A DNA stretch of 58,778 nucleotides, the filler included, from Sphacelaria rigidula (taxonomy: Eukaryota), in NCBI GenBank assembly GCA_964200075.2. It is 5 parts of 5 records of this genome, joined end to end, with 100 filler letters (N's around TTAATTAATTAA, not from the genome) between each part and the next. Parts side by side here need not be neighbours in the genome. Positions count along the whole stretch, not along the records: positions 47,106 to 58,778 come from CAXNAA020004639.1; 4 more parts are not named here. The stretch is one strand, 5' to 3'. The translations under genes and the position numbers were made by a program. Below, one piece after another: positions 50,316 to 58,778 of the stretch (position 1 is its first letter; the number at the start of each line of letters is the position of its first letter). Under the pieces are notes generated by a model. That model made no database searches and had not been told where the DNA came from. It was given only the letters and a program-made list of their open reading frames with translations.

Positions 50316-51700
50316 CCATCATCAGCCGTAAATATACCGTGCCAATGAGATGTAGATGAAGTCGGGTAGTGATGTGTTTACGTATCCAACACCCACTTCC
50401 AACAGCCATATACGTGGAGCCCATCAATCGCGATGGAAGCACATGTGACGCTGGGAGATACTCACGGAAGCTTTCCAGTAGTATGGCACTGAGCTGTCAA
50501 CACCGAGTACAAAGCGTTTCCGGCGTATCACAAAACACTCGTCTGCGCGACGGTCATGGATAAACATGAGGTGCCCAGAGAACAAATCGGTGTGGATGGT
50601 GTAGAGTATTTCGTCAAGGCGCAGTGGGTGGCGCGTATTGAGACGCGCTAATGCAAACAAACGCTGAATCCTCAACGAGCGGGCTCTTTTTACCTGACCC
50701 AAAACCCGTATATTGCTCTAGTGGTCAGTTGACCGTTTTCCCCCTTTGAAGCGCTGACTGGCGTGTGCTTCAAAACGAATACCTTTAGGGGTATGGAGAC
50801 CGGCGAGTTCGGTTACGAGGGCTACTGTGAAGAACAAGAACCTAGGGCGTTTCAGGGTGTACACGTTGTTCCTTTTCGTTCGCTCTCGCACAGCTAGCGC
50901 CACGGGTTGTACAATGCTCATGCACCACGAATGATCAGGTCGCGTGCATCGCGAGGATGATAATGGTTTTCGATGCATGGTGGTGCAGATAAAATCACGG
51001 AGAAATATTTGCGCGCAAAAACGCACATTTTCCCATCTTTTCATATGTCGAACTTTCAAGCCGTTCCAAACGGTCTGGGAAAGACTGCGAGCCTGAAGCG
51101 ATCCCTTCTCTCCCATGGTACCTGCGTGGCATTTTGTTTCTGAGCGTCGGATCAGTGCTGCCGCACTCCGTCGGCTCTTGTCTATGTTTTGGGCCCCCTG
51201 GCGTCCTCCCGCTTTCATGGGCCTTGTTGAAGAAAAGAGCATTTGCTGAATCGGAGCCTGCATCATCACCCGCTGGATCCGCCTACTGGTGTACCAAGAA
51301 TTCCGCCGGGGCGTGACAATAAATTCTAACAACACGTCATTCCCGGATATAGAAAGCTTTGCAGCTGTACCGTGTCACAATCGTTTTGTCTCTACAAACA
51401 CAGCAGGTGTCCCCCGTATATGAATGATGGTGCTATCCGGCACTGAAACGGCCCATCATGTCGATCATCCTTTATACAGGCACTGTCGCAACACTGCAGC
51501 CCCGTGACTACGAAGTTGTTGCACCTTCAAACATCTGGCTTACAAAGGCCCGCATACTGTGCTGTAGACTCGAGTCTACGCAGGGCCGCTTGCTACTATT
51601 GCACGTACTTTCACGCATGCCCATCGACTGCTGTACGACACTCACGTTCGAAAGTCGATATGCACACCCCCCCTACATGTATAAACACACATGTCACCAG

Positions 51701-54700
51701 GTATTATGGAAGCACGAGGTTTTCAGCAGCGCAGAGGGCACCGTCGGTGTACGTTTCACGTACGTCAGCCCGGACGGAGAGGAGGGCTTCCCCGGAGAGC
51801 TGGCGGTCAAGGCAAGTGTCCAACCGTCGTTCGGGCAGGGTTGGGTGGCACAGAAGTGTCTATACGCTATATGCCCTGCAATACTCCTTACTTCTTATTT
51901 TTCCCGGGGAATACCCGAGGCACCCTGGCGAACTCAGTAATTTTAGTAGCCGGTACTCTAGTTACACAGAAAAAACTCGCTACTTTTCGCCTTCAGTACT
52001 CTGAGTGCACTGGAATGCCCGGTGTTTTCGGTAGTCAGCATCTTGAGTACTGCAAAAATACTCAGATATTTTCCGGAGCTGATAGCCGGGATACTTCGGA
52101 ATACGCACTTGTTTTTGGCAGTATATATCCGGGGGTACTCAGGTCGTCGTCATAGTGGTGCAACTGAGCACTCCATATTTTGCGCAGACCATACCCTCGG
52201 TTGCCCGTAGTATTTGGTAGGTCAGGCAGTCGATATCTCGAGTGCCCTGGATTACTCCGTACTTTCGGCGGTCCATACCCAGATTATATCGCAGTTCTTC
52301 GTATTTTCGGCAGTGGATGTGTTGGGAATACCGCACCGTATTTTCGGCAGTAGCTACCCTGGGCACCCTATATTGTAGTCGAAGTTTTCGGCCGTAAATA
52401 TCTCGGAAAGCCCTTTGTGAGCTTATGTTCCGATTGTGGGTATCATGGGTACCCTGGGAAACTCGGTAATTCTCGGCACTGGATGGCCTTGTCACCACGG
52501 AGCATTGAGTATTTTCGGCAGCGGATCCAGGCTTGCTCACGCTCATCACCCAAACATCACTAATCAGCAAATGCCCTCCGCAGTACGTACCCTATAGTCG
52601 CGCACACGGTACTGACCACCATGGGCAACCGAAGAGAGTGACGGAGCCGGAATTTGCCCATAGCAATGGCGCCCACGGCCAAAGGTACCTCGACCGATCA
52701 GCACTCGTTCAAGTGTGTTCTGAGCTTGAAAATACTAACTCCGCATACCATTCCAATGCCACCTCGAGATGCTTAAAGCTCGTAGTGACCGCCATCAGCC
52801 CGGGAATCCACTGGAATAAATAGTCTTGAAAACATTGATTGTAGGATCAAAATGGCACCCCAAACCTTGGCATTTTGTCGAAGTGGGGTATCGGCGTCGT
52901 TGGGCTTCTAATTTACTGATGATGAGCACCAAACACGGAAAAATCGTCCTGATGGTTTTTCCTATGTCTTTCGTGGAATAGCTCCTGCCGGCCTCAATCA
53001 TGGTAATTCGGGAGGTATTGGTGCTCCACATTGAAAAATAAAGTATTGTTGCAAATATTTCACAGATTCTCCACCCAAAAACGGCGTCCGGGGGTCCCGG
53101 CGTGAGGACCCCCAGAAGCCGGTACAGGATGCCTATAAGATAAACCATTGGGTCCCACTCCCTCCCTCGAGGGGTTCAAAGAATATTTGTAGAAGGTTTC
53201 GTCGTGCACCTCGAAAAACGGATGCAATAGAATCATTTTCACGGTAAACGTACCTGAAAAGTCTGTTCCAATGCTACCACACGATTGTGGGGGAAAAGGC
53301 CCCTGCAGCATCATTGTGATCATCCGCTTCGGATGGAATTGAGATTCTGCCACTCCACGCACTACGATCTAGCTCGACTACCATCATGGGTACCGCGAAA
53401 AACAAACGGACGTGTAAAAAAAAGTAACCTGGTTGCGTAGAGTATGCAGTGAGAGACGTGTTTTGCAGCATCGTCGCCAACCGACGCCAACCCCATGGGT
53501 GCAACGACGGGCGGGGGGGGGGAGGGCGGCGGTTCTCTGAATTGTCCCACACACAAAAGAGCAAAAGAGCGTGAATGTCCCTTCCCGTCTTGGAGGCACA
53601 CTTGAGCTGCCCTCACCCAACGCTGGAATGCTGCTCAGCAGCAAAGTTACTCAAGGGTTTGTGCCATCAAATGATACGCAGCATCTATTCGAAGGTGTTC
53701 CCGGAAGGGGGATTCCATTGATCAAAATGGGAGGTTGCCCATCCCCCCTTTTCACGCCCCCTGTTACTGTATGATTACATGACTCACTCATCCATCTTTT
53801 CTATAGCTGACGCGAGAATACCCAACAAGGCACAACCCAACATAAAAACGACCGGCGAAGACGAAAAACGCAGGCGGTTCATGCCGTACAAGATGGCTTC
53901 GTTCTTCCATTTACCATTAAGCTAGAAGTCGTAGACTGAAAACATGCTTGTCCAAGCACTCCTCATCTCCTTTTTCTCTGTCGGCGCTTCTTTTCATACA
54001 TTGCTCCACCGGCCATCACATGTCGCTGAGACAGTTTCCGGCGGGGGAGGGCCGAGCAAACTTTCACATGTCCACAAGGTTTTGCAAGGAATAGTGAAGA
54101 ACGTAGAGGGAAACAACACTATTTTGATGTACTAGAACTTCGCGCTGTCATCGACTTCCAGCGCACCGTTTAGAGTATACTTTACTTCTGAAGAACAACG
54201 TTTGGTGCCATGCTGTATGTCTCTGAGGTACGCTGCAGGTGCTTTGCGCTATTCGCTCCATAGTAGGAAAGGTGGTCATCTCAACCGATTTCGAAGCCCT
54301 GCTTTTTCCTACGCGAGGTTGCGTTGAAATAGTTTGCATCAAAACCAAATTTTTCTGTTTGCTGCACCCGAGTGTGCTGCGTGTAGCATTCACACCCTGG
54401 ACAAAAGATTCCATCGTCAAGAAGTGTACTGGGAACAGTATCAAATATTGCGTCTATTGCAACATACATTAGATTCCATACTGTGCACAGTACATTTGTT
54501 TACAATGGAATCTATTGTCCAGGGTGTGGTAGCATCGACGACGTCCGCCCTTCACTTGACGGTAGGGTCTCCATGTCAGGACGGATGCGGATATAATCTT
54601 TTCCTCGACCCCCGAGATCGCTGCGCAATTCGAACCAAGGCATTGTTTGTTGCCCTTGCTCTACGCTTGACTCGGTTTCCCGGAATGTCTCACATCTTTG

Positions 54701-56026
54701 CTTCCGTGTACAGTCTGCTCTTCGGAATGTTTTCTGTGAGGGTTAGTTCTGGTTCTTGGTGGAATCCTGCTTGATCGAGAAAATTTAACTCCGAAGCTGG
54801 TTCATCACGTATAAAATAGAATAGGCGGGTGACCCCTCCTTGTTTCGTAATATACGATGTATGACGTGAAACGTATTGCTAGGTCTTCAATAACAGCCCC
54901 AGATCTGGTATCAAGCTTGTCATTTTTGTTCACAAAACCAAGACAAGACTGTCAGTGGATTATTCATGAAAGGCAGGTCGGGTCTGAATTCGCTTTGCGC
55001 TTTGTAGGCCACGTATGCCATCAAACGAGGATCACGGAACGGCACAGGGGAATTGCATACGAAACTGGAGGCCACTCTTGATTCAACGCGGCGCGGACTA
55101 CCGACCCCGATTAACCTCACGAATCATGCCTATTGGAACCTCAGCGGGTCCTTGAAGGAAAGCATCAGGGGCCATAGATTGCAGCTGTGGTGCGATCGGT
55201 ATCTGCCGTTGGATGACAACGAGGTGAGATGCCCCCCTCCACCCCCCTCTTGCCCCCTTATTTTTTTTATCAAACAACAGCGGTAATTTTCCAGAAGAGG
55301 CCCGAGCTTCGTGTTCTCGTCATGGTCCAATGTTCACCAATGCATGTGTATGGTGAAGCTTTGGTGTCTACTTCACAGAACGGTATCTTGATCTAGAGTT
55401 CTGAATCTTACTTGAGTGTGTCGCAAGTACTGATGTTCCACGGTACTCTTCATTACGAGCGGTTTCTATGACTACCCTGGATGACAAATGGGATGTGATG
55501 TTTGCACGGTTGGATCGCTTTTCATCGGGTCTTATGGAGTCGACTTGCTTTTGAAAAACCTCTTTTTTTTTTCAAATTCCTTCTCGTGGGATGTACAGTT
55601 CGGCACACCAGCCATTGGCGGCGGTGGACACGTCCGGAGGGGGGAGAGGGCGACTTTACTTGGTCATGAGCTACACTTTGGCTCTTGTTTAAGCGAACCC
55701 GGCGCGTTTCGAAAGCTGGCATCATTTTGTCAAACAGTAGGCTGAGAAACGTTCGTCTTCAGACATTGTTCCGTTACTTGAATAACGTTGGTCGGAGGAG
55801 GTGTCCAACAAGAGTCGGTGTGCCGCGTCTATTCTTGCAATTGCTCCGTCCGGCTATCTGCCAGGTCCCGCTCCCTACCGGAAAGCTGGAACCGGTCCAG
55901 GGGACGTTCTTCGATTTCTCTCAGGAACGGTCTCTGGGAGAAGTCATCGACGGCCTCGGTGGTAATCCCCCGGGAGTGGACAATTGCCTTGTGATGGTTG
56001 GAACCGGAGATGATGGTAAATCCAAG
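51701..56026 (+). CDS. GALM: Aldose 1-epimerase (galactose mutarotase family), three internal exons; ends not found in the contig
   Basis: Exons 51701-51811 (VLWKHEVF..GVRFTYVSPDGEEGFPGELAVK, GC donor), 55008-55223 (ATY..PTPINLTNHAYWNLSG..HRLQLWCDRYLPLDD) and 55865-56026 (PTGKLEPVQGTFFDF..GVDNC), all phase 0. Hallmark motifs DGEEGFPG, NLTNHxYxNL (catalytic His) and PTG..V.GT.FDF. Confidence 0.92.
51880..52535. repeat. Intronic repeat element rich in GAGTA/TACTC and TTTTCGG motifs
   Basis: Recurrent cagtactc/gagtactg/tattttcggcag motifs; similar composition at ~12740-13000. Confidence 0.45.
54391..54528. mobile_element. Palindromic MITE with 8-bp TSD (hAT-type), copy 2, inside the epimerase intron
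   Basis: gtagcatt|cacaccctggacaaaagattccat...atggaatctattgtccagggtgtg|gtagcatc (TSD matches 7/8). Confidence 0.82.
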
Positions 56027-56399
56027 GTACGGATTCGAAATTTGATTTTTCTTCTGTGCCCCTCTCGGAGCGGCACTATCTCCTCTCGTTCCCGTACCCC
56101 CTTCCTGCTCTCCCCCTGTCTGGGCCCTCGAACTTTCGGTATTTCAAATTTCTTAAAAGGGTGGGCAGGTTGATATTTGGTATATTCATACACTTTTGCT
56201 ACAGGTTCATTTGTGCCATGCCGTGCTGAGCTATGCTGTGCCATGCTGTACTGTGTGCTGTTAACGATCGACGGAGGGAGTATAACACACCGTGGTCAAC
56301 ACCAATCTTGAAAAGATAAGAACGTCGCTTTGCAATCATCCTACTGTTTCTTGAAGTGACGGGACCATAAAACGCGGAAATGCAATCGAGACCGTCATT

Positions 56400-56620
56400 C
56401 ATACCACATGCAAGACATTTCGTACGCTTGGGGGCGAACAATTTTAGCAGGATGCAGATCGTCCCTAATGCGATTTGCCGAAGACATTATCGCGCTTTGC
56501 GGTTGGTGATTGTGGCGCTGGTCCGCCGAAAACCCGGCGTGTTCCGTCCCGGTTTCGCAGGGATGCAAGATAAATGATCGAATAACTATAATCTGCAAGA
56601 TCACGATTATACCCCCCCCC
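56400..56620 (-). repeat. Partial copy of the ~320-bp interspersed repeat
   Basis: ttagcaggatgcag..gaaaacccggcgtgttccgtcccggtttcgcagggatgc is the reverse complement of ~42745-42880. Confidence 0.75.
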
Positions 56621-57015
56621 CCTTCCGCCGCCTTTCCTAAATCTTGCGGGTCGTTATTAACGGTCGTGCTCATTTCGACCGAGTCAATTTGTGGCCATGC
56701 ACGACCAACCGTTTTGTCTGTATCGAAGGAGCTTCGTCTAAGTCGTTCGATGAACTCTTTTTGCGCGAACGTGCATCGTGCGAGTGACATATTTTGATAT
56801 TTTGGCGCACACTGTTGTCGCGATTGGCGGTTTGTCTTTGCGTGTGGTTTTTGAAGTCCTTGCTTCGTTTGTGTCCTCCACGAAGGTGGGGTGTAGCGGG
56901 GTGTTATTTCCTATGTACTGTCGTGGACCGCAAGTCGACGTATACCGTGCGACAGTGGGTGTGAGAAGTGATGCTGGGTGTTGGTTGGTTGACTGTATAA
57001 TACACACCCTGTAAA

Positions 57016-57208
57016 GTGTGTGTGTTGTCGTCCCATCTATTCTGGACGCCAGTTTACACCTTGCGGTATATGTGGGCGCACCAGTCGGGGTCACACTAGA
57101 GGAAAGTCAACACAGGAGTTTTTTCCTTTTCCACCTTCCTTCTGCGATGCTTGCCATTATTTTTTATCGCGAAAGGAGTTCAGCAGTTCCTTTCCCTCGT
57201 CGACCGTT
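57016..57208 (-). mobile_element. SINE 3' body with (CA)n tail; another copy begins at 58723-58778
   Basis: gtgtgtgtgttgtcgtcccatctattctggacgccagt recurs at the window end; the downstream part matches 20650-20730. Confidence 0.7.
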
Positions 57209-58720
57209 GGCAATAGACGGCATCTATTCTGATAGCAATCTAGTCTAATCTGCTGCGGTAGATACCAATATTGTCGTCCGTAATGACCATCGATCGGCAG
57301 GTTTCTCTTTCTATTGTCGTTGGCAATGTCTATCGATAGACCAGTTTCCCACATTCTTGTCTGGGCAGCAGTTTGCTGTGGCCCTACACCAAAACCTATT
57401 GCGGCCAACCAAATGCATCGATCGATAGCTTTCCAATTCTATTGATGATGGCAATGGCTATCGACAGACCGCGTGCCAAATCTATTGATGACGATGGCTA
57501 TTGACAGATTGCATACCTAATCTATTGATGACGGCAATAGCTATTGATAAATTGCCTATAGATCTATGCATGGAGGCAATGAATATCGATAGATACATAC
57601 CAGAATCTACTGTGGTATACAATGCCTCCCGATAGATATTCTCTGATGTCTATTGGCACGCCTACATCGCAACATACTACGTATAGAGCATACTATTCTC
57701 CGTTAAGGTACGGTAGAGAAGCCGCAGGTGGACATGCAGTGGGGATATGATGATAATACTTAAGAATACGACATCACGTTCTACAACTTCGGAACGCTTG
57801 TATTATGTAGGAATCCGCAATATGTGTGGACAAACGTTTACAACTCTTGTTGTTGGTGTGGTGTTGGTACTTATGGTTGTCCCTCTGATGGACATGAGCG
57901 CTTAGAGTACTTTTGTGTGTGGGTGAGATGTGCTTATACCCAGGACAAGAGACTATGTAATAGAACATTGGCGCTGCAATAGCCCCGGGAATTTGACTGT
58001 CAATAATCGTTGTCAGTCATAATTGACTGGCATCAATGTCTATCGATAGCTGTCGTAGGCGACACTAGGTTCGGGACTTCGGGGCTAGGGCCAGACTGTG
58101 TCATTGCCGTGACAATGGAGGGGCCAAGTTTTCTATCGATACATTTTATATATTGCAATAGGCTCTGCATTGTGGCCACCGATGTCTAGTGCCAATCACA
58201 ATATGATCTGCCTCGCGGCCACCAATACACATTGTTGGTCACAATGGGCTCTGAATTGCGCCCACCAATGTTTATTGAGGGTCACATTAGGATATCAATT
58301 GCGCCCACCAATGTCTATCGAGCGTCACAATAAAATCTGAATCGTGGCCACTAATATCTATCATTGCTGACCATAAAAGTAGCTGAATGGCGTCGATCAC
58401 TAGCGTTATGTACGCACATATTTCGATGTATGTTTCCACCTTATTCCAGAGGAAGCTATGGCCAGCTATCGCCTCAGGTCGTGGCGTGTTCGTGTGTAAG
58501 GAGTATTGCCGCTAATGTCATGAGACCACTGCAGTGAGCAACCTATTTTTCGAAACCTATCGTTGGCGTCACTGGCTATCGATAGGTGCTTCCGAGAACA
58601 ATCGGTTGTTGACGGCAATGCCTATATATTGTTAGATACTAAAAAAATGCATTGTTGGCGGAAGAGGCTACCGATGTATGGCTCACCAAATCTATTGATG
58701 AAGGCAACAGGTATTGATTG
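57209..58720. repeat. Degenerate tandem-repeat region (units such as tctattgatgatggcaatggctatcgataga and gcccaccaatgtcta)
   Basis: ctattgatga..ggcaat..ctat(c/t)ga recurs every ~40-45 bp at 57430-57620 and again at 58600-58720; gccaccaat-type units at 58170-58360. Confidence 0.55.
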
Positions 58721-58778
58721 ATGTGTGTGTTGTGTGTTATCGTCCCATTTATTCTGGGCGCCAGTCTACCCCTTTCGG

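Noticed and set aside
13441..56026. MFS transporter plus mutarotase as a sugar-utilisation gene cluster
   Set aside because: They lie on different, artificially joined contigs.

Overview
Eukaryotic, repeat-rich genomic DNA, most likely a brown alga (Phaeophyceae; inferred from short exons in long introns and the style of the repeats). The window is not one locus. Five contigs of 11677, 11677, 11676, 11675 and 11673 bp are joined by 100-bp N44-TTAATTAATTAA-N44 spacers, i.e. size-sorted unplaced contigs. Contig 1 holds 12 phase-consistent exons (~669 aa, both ends missing) of a protein built from ~6 DUF11/DUF7507-like repeats of the type known from prokaryotic surface proteins, with introns recurring at homologous repeat positions. 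Contig 2 holds the last exon of a probable ZIFL-like MFS transporter, MITEs, a 436-bp foldback and a palindromic 42-bp tandem array. Contig 3 is a nest of a non-autonomous LTR element (tandem copies sharing ~230-bp LTRs, ~3.6-kb inverted arms) around a decayed Ty3/gypsy pol fragment. Contig 4 is mostly decayed transposons (Ty1/copia, possibly hAT) and SINEs. Contig 5 carries three internal exons of an aldose 1-epimerase gene with a GC-AG intron. No CRISPR array, intact RNA gene or convincingly new multi-gene system was found. Nearly all ORFs in the supplied track are spurious.
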